Positions 9,391 to 19,763 of a stretch of DNA of 64,000 bases are shown here, in pieces; position 1 is the first letter of the stretch, and every line of letters begins with the position of its first letter. Source of the stretch: Promethearchaeota archaeon (GTDB taxonomy: Archaea > Asgardarchaeota > Lokiarchaeia > Sigyniarchaeales > SOKP01). The DNA is taken from the NCBI GenBank assembly GCA_048940445.1, contig JBHLON010000007.1:1-64000 (forward strand), given 5' to 3'. A model generated the notes under the pieces. It worked only from the letters and a program-made list of their open reading frames with translations. It searched no databases and had not been told where the DNA came from. The position numbers were made by a program, and so were the translations under genes.

Positions 9391-11862
9391 GTGATTCACA
9401 CGTGCTTAGAAACAGTATCGTCAGAAATTTCTGACGAAGAGATACACACTCTCTTAGACAAATTATCTACTTGCAGGGAAGGTCTGACAACTTCCAAAGC
9501 TGATGAAAAACTTAAAAAATTAGGCCCAAACGAAATTCCAGAGAAAAAGAAAAACCGTTTTACTAACTTTTTAAAGAATTTTTGGGGTCCTATTCCGTGG
9601 ATGATCGAAGCAGCAGTTATTATGTCCATAATCGATCAACAATGGGAAGATTTTTGGATTATTTTTTCTTTATTAATGATAAATGCTATTGTTCGATTTT
9701 GGGAAGAACAGAAAGCTGACAATGCTATTGAACTTTTAAAAAAGCGACTAGCCTTAAATGCTCGTGTATTACGTGATGGAAAATGGATCGTATTACCAGC
9801 AAGAGACCTTGTTCCTGGAGATATTATTCGCCTACGCCTTGGAGATATCGTACCTGCTGATGTAAAACTTATTGAAGGCGATTATCTTATTGTGGATGAA
9901 TCTGTGTTAACTGGAGAATCTTTACCTGTTGAAAAGCATTTTATGGACGAAGAATATGCAGGGGCAATTATTAAGCAAGGTGAGATGGTTGCTGTAGTTA
10001 TAAAAACTGGGCAAAATACTTTTTTTGGTAAAACTACAAAATTAGTTGGAGGAACAAAAACCAAAAGTCACTTTCAAAAGGCAATTTTAAAAATAGGAAA
10101 TTACTTAATTACACTAGCTATTGCTATAGTATTGATAATTTTTGTTATTGCTACACTACGTCATGAAAGCATTTTGCAAACTTTACAATTTGCATTAATA
10201 TTGACGGTTTCCGGTATACCTGCTGCGTTACCAGCTGTACTTTCAGTGACAATGGCGATTGGAGCAATGGCTTTAGCTAGAAAAGAAGCAATTGTTAGTA
10301 AGTTAGTATCTATAGAAGAATTAGCCAGTATGGATATATTATGTTCTGATAAAACAGGAACTATAACTAAAAATGAACTTACGGTAAAAGAAATCGTACC
10401 AGTGTCGAATTTTACTGAAAAGGATGTATTAACATACGCTGCTTTAGCATCAAAAGAAGAAAATCAAGACCCTATAGATAACGTAATTATCAATAAGCTT
10501 AAAGAATCATTTTCTTATAATATCATTTTAAAAGATTATGTAGTTACTGTATTTAAACCATTTGATCCAATAATAAAACGTATAGAAGCCACTGTTGAAA
10601 CTGTATGTGAAATATCTGACAATAATAAAGATATGAAGCATGATTGTTTTACAGTCACCAAAGGTGCACCTCAGGTAATACTATCATTAATCAACAAGAC
10701 AAATGACATTGAAAATGTAAATAATTATGTTGAAGCATTTGCTATAAAGGGATATCGGACATTGGGTGTAGCTAAAACAGATCCTGCTGGTAATTGGCAT
10801 CTAGTGGGATTTATTGCTCTCTATGATCCACCACGAGATGATTCCGCTGAAACAATAAATACTGCTAAATCTATGGGTATCAATGTAAAAATGATAACGG
10901 GTGATCATATTGCCATAGCAAAAGAAACCGCAAAACAAGTTAATTTAGGAACAAACATAATAGACGCATCTTCTTTTCTGGAAAAAATTAATAGTGAAGC
11001 GCAACATACTGTAGAAGAAGCAGATGGGTTCGCACAGTTTTTTCCTGAACATAAGTATCAAATGGTTGAACTATTACAAAAGAGTGGACATATAGTTGGA
11101 ATGACTGGAGACGGTGTAAATGATGCCCCTGCTTTAAAGATAGCAGATGCTGGAATTGCTGTGGCAGGTGCTACAGATGCGGCTAAATCAGCTGCCGATA
11201 TCGTTCTAACGAAACCGGGAATTTCTGTAACTATTGACGCGATAAAAGAAAGTCGTAAAATTTTCCAAAGAATGACTAATTATGCCACTTACCGAATCGC
11301 AGAAACTATAAGGATTTTACTTTTCATCACTTTCTCAATTATTGTGTTTCGTTTTTACCCTGTTACTGCCCTTATGATAGTACTATTGGCTATATTAAAT
11401 GACATACCCATTATGACAGTCTCCTATGATAACGTTAGATACCAAAATGAACCTCAAACTTGGAATATGAAATCATTACTTTTTGTTGCGACATATCTTG
11501 GAATTATTGGTGTTGGTTCATCTTTCTTAATGCTCTATATAGGACTTGAAGTTTTTCATTTGAGCCCATTGATACTGCAATCTTTTATTTATTTAAAGCT
11601 ATCTGTCGCTGGCCATTTAACTATGTTTGTTGCACGAACTAGGGGACCATTTTGGTCTATTAAACCTTCAAAGATATTATTTTTCGCTATAGTAATTACC
11701 CAATTGATAGCAACAATGATAACTGTTTACGGATTTCTTCTTCCAGCACTGGGATGGGGACTTGCTATTTTTGTTTGGATGTATAGTTTAGGAATGTTTG
11801 TAGCAACAGATTTTTTCAAAGTTCAACTCTACAAGCTTTTTGATAAATTAGGTATTAAATAA
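9391..11862 (+). CDS. Plasma-membrane proton-efflux P-type ATPase (P3A, PMA1-like)
   Basis: WGPIPWMIEAA, LTGES, CSDKTGT phosphorylation site, KGAPQ, MTGDGVNDAPALK, YRIAET, NDIPIM. Confidence 0.93.
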   Translation: MIHTCLETVSSEISDEEIHTLLDKLSTCREGLTTSKADEKLKKLGPNEIPEKKKNRFTNFLKNFWGPIPWMIEAAVIMSIIDQQWEDFWIIFSLLMINAIVRFWEEQKADNAIELLKKRLALNARVLRDGKWIVLPARDLVPGDIIRLRLGDIVPADVKLIEGDYLIVDESVLTGESLPVEKHFMDEEYAGAIIKQGEMVAVVIKTGQNTFFGKTTKLVGGTKTKSHFQKAILKIGNYLITLAIAIVLIIFVIATLRHESILQTLQFALILTVSGIPAALPAVLSVTMAIGAMALARKEAIVSKLVSIEELASMDILCSDKTGTITKNELTVKEIVPVSNFTEKDVLTYAALASKEENQDPIDNVIINKLKESFSYNIILKDYVVTVFKPFDPIIKRIEATVETVCEISDNNKDMKHDCFTVTKGAPQVILSLINKTNDIENVNNYVEAFAIKGYRTLGVAKTDPAGNWHLVGFIALYDPPRDDSAETINTAKSMGINVKMITGDHIAIAKETAKQVNLGTNIIDASSFLEKINSEAQHTVEEADGFAQFFPEHKYQMVELLQKSGHIVGMTGDGVNDAPALKIADAGIAVAGATDAAKSAADIVLTKPGISVTIDAIKESRKIFQRMTNYATYRIAETIRILLFITFSIIVFRFYPVTALMIVLLAILNDIPIMTVSYDNVRYQNEPQTWNMKSLLFVATYLGIIGVGSSFLMLYIGLEVFHLSPLILQSFIYLKLSVAGHLTMFVARTRGPFWSIKPSKILFFAIVITQLIATMITVYGFLLPALGWGLAIFVWMYSLGMFVATDFFKVQLYKLFDKLGIK

Positions 11863-11870
11863 AATACATA

Positions 11871-11879
11871 TTTTTTTTT
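11871..11879 (+). terminator. Oligo-T terminator after the P-type ATPase
   Basis: T9 run starting 9 nt after the stop codon. Confidence 0.4.
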
Positions 11880-12170
11880 CTGATTATTCTTATTAAGAAA
11901 CTTAAAAAATTCGAGAAAAAATGAAATCCTCACATTCTTCACTTAATATCATTTTTTAGCAGTAAGATAAGTTTTAAAATTTTGTCGTGAAAGAGAAAGA
12001 TTATCTTTGCTAGATTTTTAAATTATTGAGTAAAATAGAATAACAATGTAATTTTAATAAGAGGAACTATTAACAATAACATAAATTATAGTTTTTATAC
12101 TATTATATAAGTATTCATATTGAATATACTCGCAAAAAGTTAGGAGGATATATAAACTAAGGTGTAAAAA

Positions 12171-14147
12171 TTGTCTGAAAACCAGACCAAAGAAAATAAC
12201 GAAGCTAAAAAGTCTATTGTTGGCGTTTTTGTGTGCCGCTGAGGTATTAACATTGCTGGAATTTTAGATGTTCCTAGAATCGTGGATGAACTTAATAAAA
12301 TAGAAGGAGTAAAAGCTTTTGAATATCTAAGCATGTGTACTGAAGGAGGATCTACCTACATTAAGGAACAAATCAAAGAAAGTAAACTAGAAAGAATTGT
12401 AGTTGCTGCTTGTACACCTAAGACTCATCAACCAGTTTTTCATGCAATACTTGCCGAAGCTGGCTTACCACCTAGATATTTAGAATTTGTAAATATCAGA
12501 GAACACTGTAGTTTCGTACATCAATCACCTGAAGTACGTGAAGCAGCCATTCAAAAAGCTGTTGAATTAATAAAGGCAGGAGTGGCAAGAGCAAGATTAT
12601 TAGAAGATGTCCCCACTATGACCGTCCCTGTTAAGAAGACAGCTTTAGTAGTAGGTGGAGGGATCGCAGGGTTATCGACAGCTATTGATTTAGGAAATGC
12701 TGGATTTAAGGTATACTTAGTTGAAAAGAATACTACAATTGGAGGAAGAATGTCACAATTAGACCGTACATTTCCAACAGACGATTGCTCAATTTGAATT
12801 CTGGGGCCAAAAATGTTAGAATCGAATAGGCATCCAAATATCGAGATATTAACCTATAGTGAAGTAATTAAAGTAGAGGGATACATTGGAAACTTTAAAA
12901 TCAAAGTGAAAAGAAATCAACGTTATGTGCTAGAGTCCAAATGTACTGGTTGTGGAGCTTGTGTTGATGTTTGCCCTATTTATGTACCTAATTATTTTGA
13001 TGAAAATCTTTCAGCTAGAAAATGTATTGATATTGCATTTGCACAGGCTGTACCTGCTGTATATGACATTGTTAGAGAATCTTGTGTTGAATGTTTCAGT
13101 TGTGTTGATTCCTGTGAGGAAGATGCAGTTGATTTTTCTCAGCAAGAGGAAATTCTAGATCTTGAGATAGGGACTATTGTTGTTGCTACTGGTTGGGACC
13201 TTTATGAGGGAGATGATTACGGTTATGGAAAATATGAGAATGTGATTAATCAGATTGAATTGGAAAGGATTATAGCCCCAAACGGTCCCACTTATGGTCA
13301 TCTAAAGCGTCCTTCCGATGGTAAACGTCCTTCTAAGATTTTATTCATAAATTGCGTTGGATCTCGTGATGTTAGCAAAAATCCATGGTGTTCTGTAGTT
13401 TGTTGTAATTTATCTCTTAAGAACTCAAAACTGATTAAATCGGAGTATCCTGATTCAGAAATAATATGTACATATATCGATATGAGATGTGCAGGTAAAG
13501 ATTATGAAGAATATTACCGGAGATCTCGAGATGCTGGAATTATTTTTGTTAAAGGTGTCGTAGGAAAAATTGAAGAAGATCCATTAACCAAGAATTTAAT
13601 TGCCCAATGGGAGCCTGTAGGTACTGATACTGTAGTAACGGGAGAATTTCACATGGTTGTTCTTTCTCCTGCTTCACTTCCATCTAAAGGAACAGTTGAA
13701 ATAGCTAAAGTATTAAATATGGAAAGAAGTCCTGATGGCTTCTTGAAAGAGTACCATGCTCGCCTCGATCCGATTAGTACTAAAGTACCCGGAATTTTTA
13801 TTTGTGGATCTGCTCAAGGGCAAAAAGAGATAGATAAAACTGTGAGCCAGGCAAGGGGAGCTGCTTCAGCAGCTGCGATTCCAATGAGTAAAGGTGAATA
13901 TACCATGGAATTAATTCGAGCAACTCCATCAGATGAGAGATGTGCCAAATGCTACAAATGTATTGAAGCGTGTCCTTACACAGCAATTTCAGTAAATGAA
14001 AAAGGGAACATAGTAGTAGATCTAATTCGCTGTAGGGGATGTGGAACATGTGCTGCTATGTGTCCTTCTAAAGCTATTGAATTAACTTATTTCAGAGACG
14101 AGCAATATATGGCATTAATCGATGAATTACTCCCTATACAAGAGTAG
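12171..14147 (+). CDS. hdrA: Heterodisulfide reductase subunit A, selenoprotein with two Sec (UGA at 12240-12242 and 12795-12797), 658 aa
   Basis: TTG 12171 (preceded by AAGGTG) reads MSENQTKENNEAKKSIVGVFVCR-TGA-GINIAG in frame with ORF 12282..12797. That ORF ends FPTDDCSI-TGA-ILGPKM, in frame with ORF 12813..14147. Both TGAs sit at conserved HdrA Cys positions (CxCG; DCxxCILxPKM). Confidence 0.93.
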
Positions 14148-14164
14148 AGAGGTAGATAAAAAAA

Positions 14165-14626
14165 ATGGCAGAGAAAGAAGATATAAAGATAATAGCTTTT
14201 CTTTGTTGGAAATGAGGTTATGGATCAGCTGATATGGCTGGAACGATTAGAGCGCAATATCCACCATCCCTAAGAACAATATTAGTACCATGTACAGGAC
14301 GGGTTGATAGTGATCTTATTGCTAGGGCATTTGGAAGAGGAGCAGACGGTGTAATGATAATTGGATGATACCCTCATGAATGTGATTATGAAACTGGTAA
14401 TTATTTTGCATATCGTGAGTTTGAATATATAACAGAAGTTGTTAAGGCTTTAGGACTCAATGAGAAACGAATTATGTTTGGATATTGTAGTGCAGCTGAA
14501 GGTCAGAAATTTCAAAATGCAGCTATAGAGTTTGATAAAGTGATACGTGAACTAGGACCCAGCCCTTTACGCTCGAAAGATAGCACACAAGAAAAAGCCA
14601 AAGTTAAAGAAAAAGCAAAAGCTTAA
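14165..14626 (+). CDS. mvhD: MvhD/VhuD [2Fe-2S] subunit, selenoprotein with two Sec (UGA at 14213-14215 and 14366-14368), 153 aa; absent from the ORF track
   Basis: Manual translation: MAEKEDIKIIAFLCWK-U-GYGSADMAGTIRAQYPPSLRTILVPCTGRVD...GADGVMIIG-U-YPHECDYETGN...YCSAAEGQKF...LGPSPL...KAKA-TAA. These are MvhD motifs with both UGAs at Cys/Sec positions. Confidence 0.93.
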
Positions 14627-14632
14627 AAATTA

Positions 14633-14705
14633 ATGTGTTGACTAATGACGCTGAGTTGAAAAAATGAGAACTTAGCTGAGGAAATGGGAGCACCATAAGA
14701 CACAT
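14633..14705 (+). ncRNA. Eukaryote-type SECIS element (cis-acting) in the mvhD 3' UTR
   Basis: AUGAC (14645-14649), 8-bp stem GCUGAGUU/AACUUAGC (14650-14657/14669-14676), A-rich loop GAAAAAAUGAG, then UGAG (14677-14680) completing the tandem GA core; basal helix AUGUGU/ACACAU (14633-14638/14700-14705). Confidence 0.88.
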
Positions 14706-14821
14706 AAAATTGTAAATTAAAAAATTTGAAATATTTTAAAAAAATAAAAATTTTCAGAAGAAAAATTATTGTAATTTAATTTTTATAAGAATCTTATATA
14801 AGAAATTTAAGTGGAAAAACT

Positions 14822-15961
14822 ATGGATACAATTGCAGAATACCTTATTAAAATTGAGGATTTTCCAAAAATTCTAGTTAGTTTGTTAAAAGAAAAAACAG
14901 TTGATAAAATAATTGGTGCTGAAACAAGAATAGATAAAAAAACTAATCAAGAAGATCGGTTTACGGTTTCTCCAAACATATATGAAAAACCAGATGATAT
15001 TAAAAGCTTTCCATTAACTAACCTTCTCTCTTATGGGTACGCGAGAACAGATTCAGCTGCTAAATTTTTACATAAATCCGTAAATGGAGCACTTCAAGAA
15101 AAAGTAGCACTCATTGCTCGACCCTGTGATACCAGAGCTATAATAGAGTTAGCTAAAATTAAACAGATTAATTTAGATAATCTTTTTATTATCGCATTTG
15201 AAGATAGAGGAATGGTTATAAATGTTTCACGTGAAATAAAGAAAGTTAAGGATATAGATCCCACTAAAGTTGTTAAAGAAAAAGTCGGAGATAATGGCTT
15301 GATCCTTAAATTTGCAGATGGAACAACAAAAGAAGTTGACTTAAGCATCGCAGAGAATTGTTCACGCTGTACTAGGAAAATTCCCGTTATAGCTGATATA
15401 GGGATAAGTGATCTGGGAATCCCTATTGATTCTGATGAGATAATTTTAAAAGCTTATTCTGATAAAGGAGTGAATCTCATTGATGCATCTAAAATAAATA
15501 AAAAACAGATTTCAGCAGAAATTAAAAATGCTCATAAAGAAAAAGTTAAGGAGATTAAGGAAAATGCATTGGCAAAAAGAGCAAAAGATTTAGAAGAATG
15601 GGATAAATTCCCCCAAGAAGAGAAAATCGCAAAATTACAAGCATGTACTATGTGTGGGATGTGTATCCGTGGATGTCCTGTTTGTTATTGTGTCGATTGC
15701 ATTTTACAAAAAAAGAGAAAAGATAAAACCATAAACAAAGAGACTTATCAATTAACTCGAATAGCCCATGTAGCAGACAGATGTGTAGAATGTGGAAATT
15801 GCGATAATAATTGTCCTCAACATATACCTTTATCTCTATACTTCCAATCACTAAATGAAGCATTTAAGGATAAATTTGGATATAAAGCAGGGGAAAGTGT
15901 AGAAGACATCCCTTTTAGATCTGGTAAGGCAATTGAACAGATGGAGTTAGAAAAAACATAA
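14822..15961 (+). CDS. FdhB/FrhB-family (F420-dependent dehydrogenase beta subunit-like) Fe-S protein
   Basis: ALIARPCD, NCSRC..ADI, CTMCGMCIRGCPVCYCVDC, RIAHVADRCVECGNCDNNCP, as in archaeal FdhB. Confidence 0.8.
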   Translation: MDTIAEYLIKIEDFPKILVSLLKEKTVDKIIGAETRIDKKTNQEDRFTVSPNIYEKPDDIKSFPLTNLLSYGYARTDSAAKFLHKSVNGALQEKVALIARPCDTRAIIELAKIKQINLDNLFIIAFEDRGMVINVSREIKKVKDIDPTKVVKEKVGDNGLILKFADGTTKEVDLSIAENCSRCTRKIPVIADIGISDLGIPIDSDEIILKAYSDKGVNLIDASKINKKQISAEIKNAHKEKVKEIKENALAKRAKDLEEWDKFPQEEKIAKLQACTMCGMCIRGCPVCYCVDCILQKKRKDKTINKETYQLTRIAHVADRCVECGNCDNNCPQHIPLSLYFQSLNEAFKDKFGYKAGESVEDIPFRSGKAIEQMELEKT

Positions 15962-16011
15962 ATTATTATTAATTTTAAATAAAATTTTAAGAGAAAAGGA
16001 GTGAGATTATT

Positions 16012-16773
16012 TTGTCATTACCAGCAAAAAAAGCAATTCAAATTGATGAAAATATCACCCATTATGTTTATAAGATGCTTAGTCATGAAATGATTTTAAA
16101 ATATGATGAATCAAAATGTCTCGAATGTGGATTTTGTCATCGTGTTTGCCCTGTTACTGTTTCAATATATGATGAACCTCTCAAAAAGACTGCCATTGGA
16201 ACTCCAGAAGAAATGGGAATTGAATCTAAGAAGAAAATTGTAGTAGATACAGAGAAATGTATTTGGTGTGGTAGTTGCAGCTGGATCTGTCCCGGATATA
16301 CGTTGGAGTTATTGATTAATGGAGAGAACAAAATTTTACTAGTAGAAAATGGTTCTTTGCCAGAATTTGCAGAAGAAGTTCGAACTTTAGAGGATGGACG
16401 AAAAGTTCGTAAAGTCGTTGATGGGTCAATAAAAATAACTTGTAATGAGAAAGATACAAAGATTATAGATAAATTTGCTGAGGAATGTTCCGTTGATGCA
16501 ATGTCTCGAGAAGGTAAAGAAATTAAGGTTGATACAGATAAATGCATTTTATGTTTCAAATGTTCTGATGCAGCAAAGAAATATGACAATATTGAGGTAG
16601 AAGTTCATCGGGATCGATTTAAGAACGTAAAAGGAGAACCTAGTTCAGTTTGGAACGGGATTATGCTCAGAGTGACCGGTATAGAAGGCAAAGTAAAAGG
16701 GATCATGAGTCGCAGTCAGAATAAACTTGCGGATGCAGTTATGCGTTTAATGGGTAAAGAAGAAGAAGCATAA
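16012..16773 (+). CDS. Polyferredoxin (FwdF/MvhB-like)
   Basis: CLECGFCHRVCP, CIWCGSCSWICP and a degenerate CILCFKC motif. Confidence 0.7.
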   Translation: MSLPAKKAIQIDENITHYVYKMLSHEMILKYDESKCLECGFCHRVCPVTVSIYDEPLKKTAIGTPEEMGIESKKKIVVDTEKCIWCGSCSWICPGYTLELLINGENKILLVENGSLPEFAEEVRTLEDGRKVRKVVDGSIKITCNEKDTKIIDKFAEECSVDAMSREGKEIKVDTDKCILCFKCSDAAKKYDNIEVEVHRDRFKNVKGEPSSVWNGIMLRVTGIEGKVKGIMSRSQNKLADAVMRLMGKEEEA

Positions 16774-16829
16774 ATTAATTCTATTTTTTATATACTTTTT
16801 TTGAGAATTTAAAGCAAATTGAAATATTA

Positions 16830-18050
16830 CTACTTCAAATAGTTCAAAGCAGTTAAGGCATAAATTTTTACGGCATTTATCACGTCATCAATATACACAA
16901 ACTCATCCTGAGCGTGGTAATTATTATCTCCTCGCAGTGTACCTATAATAATAGTTTCAATTCCTTTCATCTGAAAAAGTTGAGCGTCTGTAGTTGGTAT
17001 AAAAGCTTTAAAATCTCTTTCTTCACTAAATACTTTTTTAAAAGCATTTTTTACTACTTTAGCTATAACAGAATCGGGATCACCTATTTGTGTTGGTATT
17101 GAAACAGGATTTTGGAAAGTAATTTCTACATTCGGATCTTTCTTTTTTAGTTCATCAATGAAATCCAAAATTCTTATTCGAATAAGATTAATATCTTGTT
17201 CTGGAATAAAATTCATAATACAGTTTAAAGTACAACGATCTGCTACAGTATCAATTGCATTTCCTCCATCTAATTTTGTTATTTCAATGCTACTTACCTT
17301 TTTAGATAAATCTGGAGGAATTGGATATTTAGTTTCTACTTGATTAAACTCGTTTTGTAATTTCATGAGAAAATTCATAATAGGGAGCATTCTATGTACT
17401 GCGTTTATTCCAGAATATTCATTACGATATTTAGGAATTATATCAGGATAAGCCATAGCATGACGGCGAATTCCTTTTATTTTAAAATTAACTTGAAGCA
17501 TACCTCCACGATATAATACAGGATAATCAGCAGGTCCATCTCCTACTAGACAAGCATCTCCCTTAATTATGCCCTCATTAACAAGATATTCAGTTCCACC
17601 TGCACCTCCAATTTCCTCGTTTACAACAGCAGTAACAATTAATTTCCCTTTTAAGTCGATGTTTGCTTCTAAAAGTGCTTTTGCTGCAAAAATTTCAGCA
17701 GCTATACATGATTTATCGTCAGCAGACCCTCTACCGTATAATTTATTGTCAACTATTTCGCCAGAATGAGGTTCTTTTGTCCATCCATCATGTATTGTAC
17801 TTGTATCATAATGTGCATTGAATATCAAAGTCGGACCATTTTCATTGCCTAATTGTCCGATAATATTATTCCTCTTAATTTGGGTTTTAATGCCAAAATT
17901 TTCCATTTTTGTTGCAATAAATTTAGATAGTTCTCTATATTTTCCAGGAGGCACCTCAGAAGGATTATGAACGAGTTGCTGAAGAAACTCAATGATTTCT
18001 TCTCTCATTGCGTCAATTTTACTTAAAGTTAGTTTATCTAAATCTTCCAT
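16830..18050 (-). CDS. M20 family ArgE/DapE-like deacylase
   Basis: FNAHYDT, YGRGSADDK, NEEIGG, TTDA, YHAQDE. Confidence 0.88.
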   Translation of the reverse strand: MEDLDKLTLSKIDAMREEIIEFLQQLVHNPSEVPPGKYRELSKFIATKMENFGIKTQIKRNNIIGQLGNENGPTLIFNAHYDTSTIHDGWTKEPHSGEIVDNKLYGRGSADDKSCIAAEIFAAKALLEANIDLKGKLIVTAVVNEEIGGAGGTEYLVNEGIIKGDACLVGDGPADYPVLYRGGMLQVNFKIKGIRRHAMAYPDIIPKYRNEYSGINAVHRMLPIMNFLMKLQNEFNQVETKYPIPPDLSKKVSSIEITKLDGGNAIDTVADRCTLNCIMNFIPEQDINLIRIRILDFIDELKKKDPNVEITFQNPVSIPTQIGDPDSVIAKVVKNAFKKVFSEERDFKAFIPTTDAQLFQMKGIETIIIGTLRGDNNYHAQDEFVYIDDVINAVKIYALTALNYLK

Positions 18051-18150
18051 ATAAATTTCCTAATAATTTTAGATTGATAATTAATTAGTTCATATAAAGA
18101 TTAAGATATATAAAAATTGATAAGAGAAATAGGCTAATGGGGACCTTAAA

Positions 18151-19563
18151 TTAAACCTTCTTCCCCCTCATGTATGATAATAAAGCTGCAGCAATGCAAA
18201 TAATAGTTGAGACAATCAAAACAATCTGCATACCTTTAGTAAATTCAACTATAGCTAAAGGATCTGTTATTATTATTCGATTCGATAAAATAGAACTTAG
18301 TAAGGTAACCGGAATAAAAATAGTCAAAATTGCGCTTAACAATGCCACACTTATTGATTGCCCTACAACACGCATGGTAGAAAGAGTTCCAGCAGCAATT
18401 CCATGATCTCTTGGTTCAACAGCATTCATAATTGCTGAATTATTTGGAGATGAAAATAACCCGATCCCGATGCCAACTACAAATTGAGTTAAGATAATAT
18501 AAATTAATGGTAGAAAACTTATTACTATAATTAAAAGAATAAATCCAACAGCCATAGTGCTCATACCTAACGTCGTTAAGATCCTAGTCCCATATTTATC
18601 AGAAAGTCTTCCACTAATTGGAGAGATACTAGCCATTGTAATAGTTGTTGGTAGTAAGTATAACGCTGTAATAGCTGGAGGAATTGCTAATATTGATTGA
18701 AGATAAATTGATAGTAGAAAACTAATCCCTGAAAGAGTAATGTAATTTAATAAAGCAGCAAAATTAGCAAAAGAAAAAATTCTATTTACTCTAAATAAAC
18801 TTAGTTTAAATAAAGGGTATTTAGTTTTACCCTCAATAAAAATAAAGAAACTTATACTAAATATAGAAATAGAGAATAATAAGAGAACCAAAAATGAAAG
18901 CCATCCTATTGTATTAGTAAGGGTCAATGCTAAAAGTAGTGAAGCCAAGAATAATCCGAATAGAACCGTTCCCCGAAAATCAAAGCTTTCCTCCTTAATT
19001 CCTTGATCGATCTTTTTTAATTTAAACCAACCTATGATAAAAAGGATTATCCCTATGGGAATATTAATAAAAAAAATGAGTCTCCAAGTTGTAAATTGGA
19101 CAATTAATCCTCCTAAAACAGGTCCTATTACTAATCCGATATAAATCGTTGCTACGTTGAACCCTAATGCTTTTCCAGTCTCTTGGCGAGGAAAAATGTC
19201 TGTTATCATTGAGGGCGCATTTGCAGCAATAAAGGAACTTCCAATTCCTTGAATAGCACGAAAAAATATGATGATAATTCCTGAAGTAGCAAATATTGTT
19301 AAGAAACTTGAAAATGTGAAAAAGAAAATTCCAAGTAAGAAGAAAAGCTTCCTACCCTTAAGATCAGACAATCTCCCAAAACTAATTAAAGTGACTGCAT
19401 TTACTAACAAATATATAATTGGAATCCATTGGACTACTTCAAATGAGGTTCCCAAATCTCTTGAAATTGATGGAATTGCAATATTTACAATACTTCCATC
19501 TAAAGAAGCCATAAACACTCCAATGGTAGTAATTACTAACACTTTCCATTTATATTCCACCAT
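18151..19563 (-). CDS. MFS transporter, DHA2 (EmrB/QacA)-like
   Basis: LDGSIVNIAIPSI, GRLSDLKGRK, IGPVLGG, WRLIFFINIPIG; about 14 TM segments. Confidence 0.88.
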   Translation of the reverse strand: MVEYKWKVLVITTIGVFMASLDGSIVNIAIPSISRDLGTSFEVVQWIPIIYLLVNAVTLISFGRLSDLKGRKLFFLLGIFFFTFSSFLTIFATSGIIIIFFRAIQGIGSSFIAANAPSMITDIFPRQETGKALGFNVATIYIGLVIGPVLGGLIVQFTTWRLIFFINIPIGIILFIIGWFKLKKIDQGIKEESFDFRGTVLFGLFLASLLLALTLTNTIGWLSFLVLLLFSISIFSISFFIFIEGKTKYPLFKLSLFRVNRIFSFANFAALLNYITLSGISFLLSIYLQSILAIPPAITALYLLPTTITMASISPISGRLSDKYGTRILTTLGMSTMAVGFILLIIVISFLPLIYIILTQFVVGIGIGLFSSPNNSAIMNAVEPRDHGIAAGTLSTMRVVGQSISVALLSAILTIFIPVTLLSSILSNRIIITDPLAIVEFTKGMQIVLIVSTIICIAAALLSYMRGKKV

Positions 19564-19763
19564 TACTATAGAACCAGATTTAAATTTTTATATTGCTAAA
19601 CCTCTAATTGATTAAAAAGATTTTGATTATGCTTCATTTATATGTTTTAAGAAACCATTTTAAAGTTCTTTATACGAATTTAAATATAATTAGGTATGAA
19701 AATTGAATTCATATAAATATAGCCATTTCACTAATTTAAATGAAAAGAAATAAATTACTTCAT

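Noticed and set aside
9391-11862. Fungal/plant-like PMA1 H+-ATPase as a eukaryotic signature
   Set aside because: P3A ATPases are already known from diverse archaea and bacteria.
12282-14147. hdrA as two separate genes or a pseudogene, as in the ORF track
   Set aside because: Fragments are in one frame, separated only by TGA at conserved Cys positions, with a downstream SECIS.
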